Origin: Epithemia pelagica
Taxonomy: Eukaryota; Protista; Bacillariophyta
Reading direction: 5' to 3'
Assembly: GCA_946965045.2 (NCBI GenBank)
Contig: OX337228.1
Location: forward strand, 4,092,001 to 4,156,000
DNA length: 64,000 nt
The notes under the pieces were generated by a model. The model worked only from the letters and a program-made list of their open reading frames with translations. It searched no databases and was not told the DNA's origin. Of this stretch, positions 21,907 through 33,647 are shown piece by piece; within the stretch, counting starts at the first letter, position 1, and each line of letters opens with the position of its first letter. A program made the translations under genes and the position numbers.

Positions 21907-24559
21907 ATGAAGAGTGTCAACTTCGTTGCTCCTTTGGCATTATTAGCTTTTCCAGGAGCCTTCTCTCAAGAAGGCCAGCGGAGACGCCATGAGCGTGAAC
22001 ATGAAGAAATTGGTGAAATGGGCAACTATTGGGTTGGCACGGGCATACACGACATGTAAGTGGACAAATGTATGGAGTCCTGTTGATTGCCATGTGTCAG
22101 TTGGATTGTATCTTTTTCTTACTTGGAGAATGGGTGCCATCTTTGTGTTTTTACATGCCAGAACAGGTCCAGCAGCTGAAGTCAACATGATGGGATACGG
22201 ACAAGCAGATCAGACAACACATGGCATTCATCAAAGGCTATGGGCAAGAGCATTTGTAATATCGCAATCGCCGAGCATGCACGAGGGGGCTGCCGAACCA
22301 CCAGCAGAGGAGGAAACCAGTGGCCCTCTAGGAAACACCGAGTCCACGGAACACGAGATAAAAAAGTCGTGGTCTCGTAATTTGCGACTGTGGCCGCTCT
22401 CTTGGAGTGGGCTTCGGTCTTCAACATCGACTCAAGAACCACCCCCTCTCAATGCCAACTCCTCGATTTGCTTCGTAAGTATTGACTTATGTATGGGATC
22501 TGACGTTTTGCAAACACGAGTCTTGGATCGACTAGATGAACTTCTTCTCGAGGATGGTGGCAGCCAACCAAATCTCTGTACGCTTGGTGGGTTGACTGTG
22601 AGTGCAACACATACACACAGTGCTCCAGCAGGCTTCCTACAGTATGCCTTGTATCAAGTTCAAAGTTTGGGCTACGTTCCGCAAGTGGTCGATGTGCTGA
22701 TTGAAGGGATCGCTCAGGCCTTGTTGAAAGCCCATCGCCATCTTCGCCCCTCAAACATTTACATGGATGAAGGGCTCTTGTTTGATGCCAATATCAATAG
22801 GTCGCCCACGAGTTATCTGAATAACCCCGAAGCAGAACGTCTGGAATATGAAACGGAAGGTGATACGGATAAGCGCATGTTGCAGCTTGTCTTCGAAAGT
22901 GTGAAGGAGCAAACTGATGATTCAGAGGGGGAACAGGCGGAATTGGTGGGCGTCTTGAACTGGTTTGCCGTACACCCAACCAGTATGAACTCCACCAATC
23001 AGCTCATCTCTGGTGACAACAAGGGATATGCATCCTATGTTATGGAGAAGGGACATAATCCTCCTGGAATGCGAATGGGCGATGAAGAAAAGCATAGGTT
23101 CATTGCCTCCTTTGCTTCTACCAATCTTGGGGATGTTTCTCCCAATACGGCAGGACCTCGGTGCCTCGATTCTGGTTTGCCTTGTGACCCAATCACGTCA
23201 ACCTGCCACGGACGCAATGAACTCTGTGTGGCATTTGGCCCTGGCCGTGACATGTTTGAATCCACTGAAATCATTGGACAAAGGCAGGTTGTAAAAGCAG
23301 AGGAACTGTTGGCATCTGCCCTCGCCAATCGGGACAACACCCGACTCGCGGCGGGTCAGGTCCGGTTTCGTCATGCCTTTGTCGACATGTCCAAATTAAA
23401 TGTAACTTTGGAAAATGGCGAAACAGTTCATACTTGCGCTGCTGCCATTGGCTATGGGTTTGCAGCTGGAACGATGGATGGGCACGGTGCCTTTAATTTC
23501 AAGCAAGGTTCCAACTCGTCCAATCCTTTTTGGAACATGGTGGGGTCCTTTCTGTCTGCACCATCGAAAGCCCAAATTGAGTGTCAAGGGCCCAAGCCCA
23601 TTCTTCTCAACACTGGTTCTATCCACATGCCATATGACTGGGACCCTAATGTACTCCCCATATCTGTGTTTCAGATCAACAACCTTTTTATTCTGAATGT
23701 TCCTGGTGAATTCACAACCATGTCAGGTCGCCGTTTGCGCAAGGCGATATTGAATTTGGTTACACAGGCGGGCTACAAAGATGCTACAGTAACAATTGCC
23801 GGTCTGTCGAACACATACACGCATTACATTACCACTCGTGAAGAATATCAAGGTCAACGTTATGAAGCAGCCAGCACTTTATATGGACAATATACATTAG
23901 AAGCATACATACAAGAGTTTTTACGCATCACCAATGATTTGCTCCATGACCGACCGTCCCAGAGTGACCCAGCTCCCAAAGATCGTGTCAAGAAACAAAT
24001 TTCACTCTTGCCCGATGTAGAGTTTGATGTGATTGGAACAGGCAGAAAATTTGGATCTGTGGCCGACGATGTTAAGGATTCGTACCAGAGCAATGGCCAA
24101 GACATAGTGAAGGTTCTTTTCCGATCAGCCAATCCTCGAAACAACCCCCGAATTCAAGGGACGTTTCTAACGGTGGAACAATTAGGTGACCATGGCAAGT
24201 GGAATGTGTGGATGACGGACGCGGATTGGGATACCAAGTACAAATGGAAAGGAGGATGGAATTATTTTGGAACCTCCTTTGCCGAAATCCACTGGACTAT
24301 TGCCAAGGATACTCCGCGTGGTATCTATCGCATTTGTCATTATGGTACTCGGAGAACTTTCTTGGGAAACACTGGTGGAGTCTTGTATCACCTGCCGGAT
24401 ACGTTAGGGGGATCCGCCATGCTCAATGTGGTGTTGTCGACTGCTCGACTCGTGCTAGAAATCTCCGACGGAGTCCGGAGTTTATTCGGACATCGACATT
24501 TTCATCACTTTCGAGAGTTCCATGGCTGTTCCTCCTCTTTTCTAGTGCATGAAGAATGA
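21907..24559 (+). CDS. Neutral/alkaline ceramidase, secreted; 2 exons, intron 22056-22161
   Basis: Exon 1 (ATG 21907, signal peptide MKSVNFVAPLALLAFPGAFS) splices to give YWVGTGIHDI-TGPAAEVNMMGY. Further motifs SATHTHSAP, WFAVHPTSMN, NLGDVSPN, PGEFTTMSGRR and YEAASTLYG. Confidence 0.93.
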
Positions 24560-24597
24560 ACCTTTTTGTATTGTTACAGCAACCAGTGAACAACACT

Positions 24598-26065
24598 CTA
24601 GGATGTCTTTTTCTTAGAGCTACCTGTAGTGACTAATTTCCCATCCTTGTCGAATTCCATGCTCTTCAGAGGTTGAAATGATCGCCGATGAATGGGAGTG
24701 ACGGCTCCCAGTTCTCGAACCAGGGCCATGTGTGCGGCGGTGGGATATCCCTTGTGTTGTTGCAAATTGTACATGGGATACAAATTGTGATAGTCTCGCA
24801 TCAAGTTGTCACGCACAACCTTTGCCACAATCGAGGCCGCCGCAATGGAATATTCTCGTCCATCACCCTTGGTCATAGTTTCTGCCGCGCAGGGCATGTG
24901 TTCAGGTAACCGATTGCCATCTATCAAGGCATAATAGCCCTTGTTGTCATTGTCCTTATCAATTTCCCCCGTTGTTTGGAGTTTGTCGCAATCGATATGG
25001 CTGGTAGCTTGATTGGTCACTACGTAGCATCCCAAAATGCTCACAGACGTCTTTTCCTGATACGATACCTTGGTTTTGATGTGGGAGAGAGGCTTCCACT
25101 GCGAAGGAGTCTTGTTCTGGTGGATGTGAATCAGCGTGTGCGCCGCCAGGGCCATGCCGTGCATCGTGGCTTGCAAAATGTTGACTTGATCAATGTACGG
25201 CGCATCCATAATGGCCGCGGCCCAGAGCATACCCGGAGAAGCCGTCAAACGCTCAAAGAGATGCTGGCGGTCCTCCTCTTTGGTAATTTTCTTGCTATCA
25301 CAAATACCCGAGACCGTTTCCGGAACCCATGCGGCAGCCGCCACTACATGTCCAAAAACAAGGGGAAATATGTGGCGGTCAGAACTCCGAAACCTAGCAA
25401 GCAATCGTCTTGGAACGTGCAAATCATTTGTCCTTACCCACTGGACCTGCCAATGGCCCTCGCCCTGCCTCGTCAATGCCCAAGACAATGGTTGTATCTC
25501 CTAGTTTTTGACGAATGACATCCTCCTGTGTACGTGGAAGAGAGGGGGCTTCCAAGATTTTCGAGGAAGGGGGCTGTTTGGATTTGAGCTCCATGTCGGG
25601 ATCGGACGCCTTGTCCTTGTCAATAGGGACGGAACTGTTGGTTTGCAGCACCTTTGCTGCACTTGCAGTAGATGGAACTCCTTCGGGTGTGTCATCGGAA
25701 TCTGATATTTTGGACGACGAGGGTGGCAAACCCAGTAATCGTCGACTGACTCTTCTCATTCTCGGAAGACTCCCTTGCACTGGTTTGGACCCACCCCTCG
25801 GTCGTTTGCTAGACCCACCAGATGTCTCACAGGGGTCCTCCGCCATGCCGAAGGATAGAATTGACGACGAACGACGACGAGGAAAGGGAGGTTGCTGGAG
25901 TGGACACGGTGGTGGCGAGGAGAGAGAAACTGCCCAAGCTTGGACCACCCATTGATGACTCCTTATACAAGCAATAGATCGAGGACTTCCCAACAACAAC
26001 AACCAAGAGAGCGGCATGTAGGTGGGCGATGAGAGATGAAAAGGTGCACAGAAGAAAAACGACAT
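24598..26065 (-). CDS. rnhB: Ribonuclease HII (bacterial rnhB-like, probably organellar); intron 25344-25437
   Basis: GIDEAGRGPLAGPV|VAAA, DSKK, IDQVNILQAT, LIDGNR, KGDGREYSIAAASIVAKVVRD, HKGYPT and IHRRSF. Confidence 0.93.
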
Positions 26066-26563
26066 CCTCTATCCTCTTCCTCTCCCCAATGCTGAATTTA
26101 TGAAGGGGAGGCTCGCTGTTCCCACGTAAACTTCATTTGCCCCCCCACCTACCCCGAAGCCCCCAAATTCATCTCTTATTCACGATCATATAAGACTCAA
26201 CCTGTGGGCTCACCAGTCACAGTCACCCCCACATACACGAATCAAACCACACGAGCACATAGTATTGCCCAGTGCCTAGGTAGGTAGAGCTTTGAATCAT
26301 CTAGGTAAGAGTATTCCGTTTCTCACCTCCGCTCGTAACTTCCTCCTATTGTATGTATGATAGAAGAGACGATGGGCGACACTTATCCATGGGCTAGACT
26401 GTGTCATGAAGAACTAATGTGATGCTATGAAGCCAACCCCCACGCTTGAAACCGAATCTATCTATCATGCATGTCTACGGAGTCCGGACGTTGACCATGA
26501 ATGTTTATCTGCCTTGTGCGCCCAACGAGCGCAAGGATACAACGCCCATCTGCCATTGCTTCA

Positions 26564-27514
26564 CTATTTTGCCTTACTGCCTCTACCCGTACGACGGCGG
26601 CTGGGCTTTTGCTCTCCGCTTCCATTCACCCGCTCCCACAATTCCTCCTGGACACTCAGAAGATCGCTCACACCCATGGTTCGTTCTTCCCATGGATTGG
26701 ACATGGAGCTGGCTGGATTCTGACATCTCCTTGCCCTTCTCGCCGCTCGCCGTGAAGCACGATAAGTAGAACTTCGGAAGAAGCTGCTGCTGTTGCTACT
26801 ACTGTCGTTTTCATAGTTGGGTAACGAGACTGATGGCGCCGAAGTTGATGACGACGCCATTGTGGCAGCTGCCTTTTCGCTGGAGGAGTGCAAGGGTCCG
26901 GTGGAACTCGGTCTTTGTGTAGGGCGCTCTGGTGAAGCCTTTGGTGTAATGGTGGGAGGTTGCTCATTGAGTTCATTCCGAAGTAATTCTTGAAGATTTT
27001 CAATAGACTTTTGCGTTTCCAAATGGAACGGAATTGATTGCCGCCGTACTCGTTTCTGCACAATTTCATCGTAGAGGACACGTTGCCGATCCACAATTTC
27101 TTGCATCCGATCTTGAACGATAGCCATGTAGTCTTCGTCCTCGCGGTCCTGAAGAGTTTTCTGTCTATGATCTTCTTGCTCGGAGGATGCCTGAAGAAAT
27201 CGCTCATCCATATCCTCTGAAGCACAAGTCTTTTCAGTCTTTTCATGGGAACGAAACGATGTTATCGTCATTGAATAGGTTCCTGTGTTGGCGTCGTTGG
27301 TGTTGGTAGACTGTGGAAGTGATCGAATCATGCCACACATTTCACAGGAAAGAAATTCTGCCTTCTTGTTCTTGAAAGTACAGTGTTCACATTGCCAGGC
27401 TCCAGCATCCGTGTGGATCAGCCTTCGAGAGATTCCGTTCCAGATTTCTTGGCTGCTTCGCCGCAAAGCCCCCAATCTCGCGCTGGACCGCCTTTGACGC
27501 GTCTCACTGGCCAT
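26564..27514 (-). CDS. Hypothetical protein with a RanBP2-type zinc finger and coiled coil
   Basis: WQCEHCTFKN...CEMC fits the W-x-C-x2-C-x3-N-x6-7-C-x2-C pattern; 316-aa ORF. Confidence 0.75.
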   Translation of the reverse strand: MASETRQRRSSARLGALRRSSQEIWNGISRRLIHTDAGAWQCEHCTFKNKKAEFLSCEMCGMIRSLPQSTNTNDANTGTYSMTITSFRSHEKTEKTCASEDMDERFLQASSEQEDHRQKTLQDREDEDYMAIVQDRMQEIVDRQRVLYDEIVQKRVRRQSIPFHLETQKSIENLQELLRNELNEQPPTITPKASPERPTQRPSSTGPLHSSSEKAAATMASSSTSAPSVSLPNYENDSSSNSSSFFRSSTYRASRRAARRARRCQNPASSMSNPWEERTMGVSDLLSVQEELWERVNGSGEQKPSRRRTGRGSKAK

Positions 27515-27672
27515 GGTTTGGAACCACGAAACTGGTAAGAGTCATAGAAAAACACAGATAGAAAGAACTCTCGAAATCTTCAGCGAGAAGTATGCAAGGC
27601 CAATAAAAATGAAATATAAGATACCCAGTAAAGATCCTTGAAGGCATCCATAGACCGACACCCGGCAAAACC

Positions 27673-27783
27673 AAAGATCGGTCATGTTAAAGACTCGTAA
27701 TCATAAAGAGTGACTATTAGGATCCTCTAGCCTAGAGGTCTATGTCTCGCTAAATCCTCGCTCACAAACGCGACCATTTCTCG
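27673..27783 (-). repeat. 3' LTR of element 2 (non-TG/CA ends)
   Basis: 111/111 identical to 33880-33990; contains a CCTCTAG-C-CTAGAGG palindrome. The left boundary is ambiguous by 5-7 nt. Confidence 0.88.
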
Positions 27784-27935
27784 GTCCCCTCGCGAATCCA
27801 TGGTCCGCTTACTAGGGTATTCGTGCTTCATCTCTTATTCTCGTTCAGCTAGCTCCAAAACCTGCTTATAGCTCGTCTTCAATCGAGTGCAGGACGTACC
27901 CGATCCCAGAGAATCCATTCTGGTGGGAAACGCAC

Positions 27936-30326
27936 TTAATAAAGGATCATTGATGCAAGTCTCGTTCGTTCTGTACCTGTCTGAATCTTAGTCAAAAGGT
28001 CAGCAAGGTTAGTCTTAGACGGCTCAAAGGCGATACGGCAACTTCCATTCGCAACATTCTCTCTGACAAAGTGGTAAGCAATAGCATTCGACTTCTTACG
28101 CAACACCGATTCGGGTTTTGAACTGTTGAGGACCACTGACATCTTATCAACACGAATGTGTGCATGTCCCTCAAGTCCTACTCCCATCATCCGCAACTTA
28201 TACCGTAGGCCCTTTATCATCTCGATGCCCACCTTCAATGCCATGAATTCCGAACCAAACGTCGAAGTCTCAACACTGGTTTGCTTCTTGCTATACCAGT
28301 TTACTGGAGCCCGATTCAAAAAGATGAGAACTCCTGTCCTTGAACGACGAGTTGCAAGGTCACCGGCATGATCGGCGTCAACAAACGCGGTCATTTGCAC
28401 AGAACGGCCAAGAGGTTCTGGAGCATCCGGTGGTAAATCTTCCTTGGCATCCGGATAGTGTGCACTCCAATCGGCAGTCGGCTCCTCGCCATGAATGATG
28501 TAAGAGGGGTCAAGTACTAAGCGAGAACGGTCATGCGTATTGATGTATGCGAAAATGTGAAGCATCGCATGGACATGGCCTTCCCTTGGCCCTGCAAGAA
28601 AGGCTGCCAACATTGACACTTCTGCAGTGATGTCTATCCGTCCAAGCTCGACTAGCCATCGAAGCACACCCATTTGCTGCTGGAAGAAATTCATCCAGTC
28701 ACCATCACAATACGGACTAGTATCCAGTTCTGGCCTATACCCTGAAGGTAAGACTCCAGCTGTTCTCGTCTTGAATTTCATGCCGTGCTTTTCCATCCAC
28801 GTGCTTACATTGCGTATGGCTTCGCTTGCATATCTTTTTGAACTCAAGGCCCAACACCTCTTTGCACTATCACCATCGATGTCGAACGTTTCAACTTGGT
28901 TTCCAAGATATAGTTTGGGAGGGCCGATTGAATTTGGTTTCAATAAATAATGTTGATCTAACATTGTCAAGATGTCTCGTCCCCTGTGTGAGAGCACAAG
29001 GACGTCATCGATATAAATGAAAACATACTCGTAGTATTGTGTTCCATCTGGTTTTGTTGCACGGCGTAGGTAGACGTCTGGGTCTACTCTACACGGAGAA
29101 AACCCCAAGGATTCTTGTAGGGTGGTAGAGAGATGCTCACGCCATGCAAAGGCGCTTGTCTTTAATCCGTAGAGTGCCTTGGTGATGATTGCGTATCGCC
29201 CTTCAAATTCTTTGCCGAATTCCAGACCACAGCGGGTGCAAATCTTTTCATGACAGGGCGCGTTCAGGTACGCTCCTGCAATATCGGCAGCAATGATGTC
29301 TATGTCATTGAGGGCAGCCAGAAGGAAGCCGATCCTCACACTCTCTCGACTGACGACACTCGCGTAGGTCGGGGTTTCTGGTTCCCCTGTTTTGTGTCCG
29401 CCAGCAACATACCGAGCCTTCCGAGTGAAATCCATCTTCACATCGAAAACGATGTGGCAAGGTATAATCTGGTGGCCAACCGGCTGTGGTGAGCCTTCAT
29501 CCAAAATCTTCATGGCCGGAAAAATCTTCGACATTTCAAGTTGAAGGGCCTTAGCCCAGAAGTCGGTACCAGTTTCCTTATCGATTTCAAGTGCACGTTC
29601 GACAGTCTTTGGTATCTCGATACCATATTTCTGAAACTTCCGCATGTACCGTGTCGAAGTCGCTGCCTTGATCAATCGGTCACGTCTCTTTAAGGTGAAA
29701 TGAACCCACCAATCAAATGCCGGTTCTTTATCTATCTGGTTGGCTATCGCATATTCTGCGACCTCTAAAGGATTTGACTCCTTGAGATCTTTTAGCTGCT
29801 CCCAGCTGGAAGAGCCATCTTTCCACTGAACGCACAATGACCATCCACGTGTCGTCCTTTTCTTGTGTTCTCGCCCATTGAGCATGATCGTCCCGTTGGA
29901 TGAGGTGATGGCACTCCCATCTTTCTTGTGATCTATGATCTGATCGATAATGCGGTACCGATTTCCTTCATCATCGAGTTGCTCATAAATATTCTCCGCG
30001 ATCAAATTCGCAGCATATGATTCCACATGCCCGTCCTGGAATTCTACTTCATACATGGAAGTGTCCAGTATCGGGTTGGTTGATGCTCTCCCAATGAGCT
30101 TCCCATCCGCGTCTCTCTTTCTTCTCATGACTTGTCCAGGGTGTAATGAATCGCCTAAAGGCAGCATGACTTTGGCTGAAATCAGCTTATCGTATGAGTC
30201 GGTAGTGTACTCATCCATCTCAGGTTTTGTCACGTCCTCTTGTTCGTCATCTTCATAGGGTTGATAATGTGGGGTTTCGGTTGCATATTCGTCGTCAACG
30301 TCGTCCCCTGGAGCTAGACCCTCCAT
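27936..30326 (-). CDS. Element 2 pol C-terminal part: chromodomain-like segment, RT and RNase H
   Basis: RKARYVAGGH, ADIAGAYL, ALYGLK, YIDD; RNase H motifs FVDADHAGD, STFGSEF and NLADLLTK. Same frame as the upstream PR-IN ORF, separated by TAG at 30330-30332. Confidence 0.92.
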   Translation of the reverse strand: MEGLAPGDDVDDEYATETPHYQPYEDDEQEDVTKPEMDEYTTDSYDKLISAKVMLPLGDSLHPGQVMRRKRDADGKLIGRASTNPILDTSMYEVEFQDGHVESYAANLIAENIYEQLDDEGNRYRIIDQIIDHKKDGSAITSSNGTIMLNGREHKKRTTRGWSLCVQWKDGSSSWEQLKDLKESNPLEVAEYAIANQIDKEPAFDWWVHFTLKRRDRLIKAATSTRYMRKFQKYGIEIPKTVERALEIDKETGTDFWAKALQLEMSKIFPAMKILDEGSPQPVGHQIIPCHIVFDVKMDFTRKARYVAGGHKTGEPETPTYASVVSRESVRIGFLLAALNDIDIIAADIAGAYLNAPCHEKICTRCGLEFGKEFEGRYAIITKALYGLKTSAFAWREHLSTTLQESLGFSPCRVDPDVYLRRATKPDGTQYYEYVFIYIDDVLVLSHRGRDILTMLDQHYLLKPNSIGPPKLYLGNQVETFDIDGDSAKRCWALSSKRYASEAIRNVSTWMEKHGMKFKTRTAGVLPSGYRPELDTSPYCDGDWMNFFQQQMGVLRWLVELGRIDITAEVSMLAAFLAGPREGHVHAMLHIFAYINTHDRSRLVLDPSYIIHGEEPTADWSAHYPDAKEDLPPDAPEPLGRSVQMTAFVDADHAGDLATRRSRTGVLIFLNRAPVNWYSKKQTSVETSTFGSEFMALKVGIEMIKGLRYKLRMMGVGLEGHAHIRVDKMSVVLNSSKPESVLRKKSNAIAYHFVRENVANGSCRIAFEPSKTNLADLLTKIQTGTERTRLASMILY

Positions 30327-30329
30327 CCT

Positions 30330-31916
30330 CTAGCCTAGGACTTGTCTGAGATTGTCGTCGAATTGTTCCTTTTGTGCTTGGAAACTGGGATCATGAGACT
30401 TCTCAACTGACAAGGGCCACACTGATGTTCTGTGGATTACTTTGCCTTTGTCCGTCAATATTTTGGAACTCATGGCTTGTCCTACGCTGATACTTGGACC
30501 GAGCCAGCGCCCCAATTTTCTTCCTTCAAAGCCTGGGTTCGAATACCAGACCGGGTCATACCACTGATGCTCTATCAAGTGGGAGATATCAGGGGTGTCC
30601 CCTGTTAGAGTCTTCATTGGAGGCCCGTCCAGATGTGGACTAGAAGATAAGACGGTATGTGAACGCCGTCTTGCCACCAATTCCAAACAATGGTCCCACA
30701 GGACTGCCGGAGAATTCGCTCGCCTCATCTCTCTTCGGTACATTCTTTTAAGTTCCCGGATGTTAGCCTCAGCTAAATTTTGGTTGGGCGTCCACGCCTC
30801 TATCGGATGGATTTTGCACCCGTATTTGTATGCCGTCTTCCGAAAATTGCCTGTCGTGAGTTCTGGCGCATTGTCTGGGATCACGCTATTAAAGATGCCA
30901 AATTCATCGAAGACACGCTCCAATGTCGTATAAGCCTCTTTCTTCTTCTGCATAGCGTAAAATTGGACCCAGCCAAAATCCGTGGCATATACTTGGCCAC
31001 AAGTATTCTGTCCCAAAGACTTGACATCCGAGAAGAGAGTGTCAGTGTAGACATCTGCTCTTAGTCTGCGGTGCTTGAGTTGGTAAGCGGTGTGTTTGAG
31101 CCGCTTGCTCCCGATAGATTCCAAGAAATCTCGAACTCCCAACTGAGTAGTTTGTTGGTACGTTTTCTCGGCCATGGGAATCCCAATTCCCCATCGTTTT
31201 GAAAGCGTGATGGGATCAACAGTCCCCTTTCGCCTATGCCGCATGTCGGCAATGACTCTTGAGTTGACCCGGACTGTGGCTGCCATTCTCTTATGCAACT
31301 CTCTTGGTCCTTTATTTCTTATCTGGTCAGACTCAACATAGGTTCTGAGTTTCCTTTCATTGACGTCTTCCGTCAAGTCATTCGGATTCCACTCAGGATC
31401 AGAGTTGGTCATGTCGATCCGGTTTGAGGGATCAATTTCTTTGATCTCGTCCCAGCTTGGCTTACGAACCGTGAAGCCACTTATTACTCCTGTCAACTGA
31501 AAAGGGATCTTCATTTTCCCGTTTCCATCATTCAGTGGTGCGATTAGGGAATGTGACGTTCCTGTCCTGTTTTCTTCCTTGATGTATTTCAAGGGAACGT
31601 CATTTATTTCTATCCCTGCCTCCCGCATTTGATTCGGGTTTAGAAGGCACTTCTGCATCATTGGCAGATGCAAAGCTTGATGAAAGTAAAGCAAGTATGT
31701 TTCTCCTGATTCCGGGTCATCATATGCCACGACACCGGTCACAATTGGAGTCTCCTTGATACTTCCCAACGTATTTGTGAAACCACTAACTTCAGCATTG
31801 CCCGTTTCATGGAGTACAAGGCAAATGCTTCCGAGACAGCATGTATCTGCGTGGCTGTCAAGCTTGCATTGAGCTGTAGTGGCCACAATGCCGCTCGAGA
31901 CTCCTTGGATGGAGTG
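30330..31916 (-). CDS. Element 2 protease and integrase
   Basis: Protease LDSHADT; LSKRWGIG; DDE triad in YTDTLF / PDNAPE / QNLAEANIRELKR. Same frame as gag across a TGA at 31917-31919. Confidence 0.92.
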   Translation of the reverse strand, partial: HSIQGVSSGIVATTAQCKLDSHADTCCLGSICLVLHETGNAEVSGFTNTLGSIKETPIVTGVVAYDDPESGETYLLYFHQALHLPMMQKCLLNPNQMREAGIEINDVPLKYIKEENRTGTSHSLIAPLNDGNGKMKIPFQLTGVISGFTVRKPSWDEIKEIDPSNRIDMTNSDPEWNPNDLTEDVNERKLRTYVESDQIRNKGPRELHKRMAATVRVNSRVIADMRHRRKGTVDPITLSKRWGIGIPMAEKTYQQTTQLGVRDFLESIGSKRLKHTAYQLKHRRLRADVYTDTLFSDVKSLGQNTCGQVYATDFGWVQFYAMQKKKEAYTTLERVFDEFGIFNSVIPDNAPELTTGNFRKTAYKYGCKIHPIEAWTPNQNLAEANIRELKRMYRREMRRANSPAVLWDHCLELVARRRSHTVLSSSPHLDGPPMKTLTGDTPDISHLIEHQWYDPVWYSNPGFEGRKLGRWLGPSISVGQAMSSKILTDKGKVIHRTSVWPLSVEKSHDPSFQAQKEQFDDNLRQVLG

Positions 31917-33426
31917 TCAGATTCGTTCTTTGCCTCTATTTTTGCGTTGACTCATGATGGCTACAATTCCGGCATCTCTCGCTTCATTCTGGTCATCTTC
32001 ACTAGATGAGTGACTTTCATCAGTCGTCGAGGTCGACGAACCATCGTTATTCTTCTTCTTCTTGCTCCCTGACGAGACTGCTGATGCAGTACGCTTCTTT
32101 GTGCTGCTATTCTTGGCATCACGAGTTTCCCGGACAAGCTGTTGCTGTTCCTTGGACAGTTTAATCCATTCTTTATAAGGGAAGTACCGATTCGGGTTGA
32201 AGGATTTGTTACCATTCTTTCCATTCCCATTCCCGTTGTTTTTATTTCCTTTATTGTTCACGTGCACGGCTGAGATACGTGCTTTCCTGGTAGTGGCGCT
32301 ATAGGAGACCTTGTTGTCAAGGACCTCGGCCATATAATTTGATGCCAATTCAAAAGATGTACGTAGATTTGGCGTTGCCAGAATTTGATTCTTGGCACTC
32401 TCCAAACGAGGGTCGTGAATTCCTGTAAGAAGCACTCGAATCTTCCTTTCAGTACTGACCAATTCTCCAGTTGATTCTAAATCAGTGAAGGCTCGCTGGA
32501 GCTGTTCGGTGTACCTTTCGTAGGTAAAGTTACGTCTGGTTCCGTCGTAATAACTTGTTTCAAGGGTCTGGTCCGCTTTGGCACGCAACCTTGTTTGGTA
32601 TGCGTCACCCAAATAGTGGCTTTTCAATGCTAAGTATGCAGCACGTCCACAATGCTAAGTATGCAGCACGTCCACTTCTTGCTCGACTGTAGGATTGCAC
32701 CCATCCCCATCCAGGTCCTCCATGCGTAATATGGCGGACAACATCCCATACGGCTTCATTATCTGTGAGGGCTGTCGGCCCGGAATGGGGAGCACGACGG
32801 ATTAATTCATGGAGGTGAGAAGGCGTCGCATAACCTGGGTCAAGGTCGTCAGTTGGAATGGTTTGAATCATTCTGGTATAAGCGGCAAGAGGAATGCCTG
32901 TCACGCCTCTCTTCCGTTCCAAGTAGTCATCTAGATTTTCAAGGACACTTCGAATGTTCTCGACAGCTGTGAGGCGCTCAGGAAGTTCAATGTCGTTGTC
33001 ATATTCCTCTTCACTTTCTTTGAATCGATAGAGGGCTTGGAGATTCTCCAGACTAGCAGAGTTGGCTGCTGGGTCAAAGGTACGTGAGATCTTGGTGAGA
33101 TGCTGGATGTAATATCGCAGCATTTTGAGACGCTTCTCAATGACATGTCCAACGAGAACTCCAGGGTTTTGAATCGTCGTTGGGATGCCTGCAACTGGGT
33201 TAGCCGCATCGTAAGCAGGGTTTGGGATCGTACCCCCTGGCTTACGGGCATTGGTACAAATTTTGGCGATATCATTTTCCGACAGGCCTTGGAAATCGCT
33301 GATGGAAGTTAGTCCTTGTCCATTCAAGGCATCCCGGACGCTCTGGTTGTTGATAAGGAGAGTGTTCTGCAAGTAATCGTTGAGGATTTCAAGCGGAGTT
33401 GGAGGAGCTGGAGGTGCGGCGTCCAT
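31917..33426 (-). pseudogene. Element 2 gag, frameshifted by a 25-bp tandem duplication (32625-32674)
   Basis: Removing one copy of CAATGCTAAGTATGCAGCACGTCCA restores SGRAAYLALKSHYLG and joins ORFs 32605..33426 and 31917..32627. Confidence 0.9.
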
Positions 33427-33428
33427 GG

Positions 33429-33647
33429 TTAGCTTTCAATTTGCAATACTTGTTGGTATTCTTTCAGACTTTCACGTATTCGGAGGAGTGAACGATCCTC
33501 ATCTTTTGGGATTGTCATGTGAGCGATTGAAAGGTAGAAAGCATGCACAGCTGCATTATCGTCCCGCGTCACATAAGTGATATTTGTTATCGCTGGGTCG
33601 CATGGCAGGCTTCTCTTTTCAACGGCAAAGATTGGCGCGTCCGCCAT
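33429..33647 (-). CDS. Short upstream ORF (72 aa) in the element 2 leader, ending 2 nt before the gag ATG
   Basis: ATG at 33647 (MADAPIFAV...), TAA-CC-ATG junction with gag; no recognisable motif. Confidence 0.35.
   Translation of the reverse strand: MADAPIFAVEKRSLPCDPAITNITYVTRDDNAAVHAFYLSIAHMTIPKDEDRSLLRIRESLKEYQQVLQIES

Noticed and set aside
21989-22161. ORF-track N-terminus of the ceramidase (MSVNMKKLV...)
   Set aside because: It reads through an intron in the wrong frame; the true exon 1 starts at 21907 with a signal peptide.
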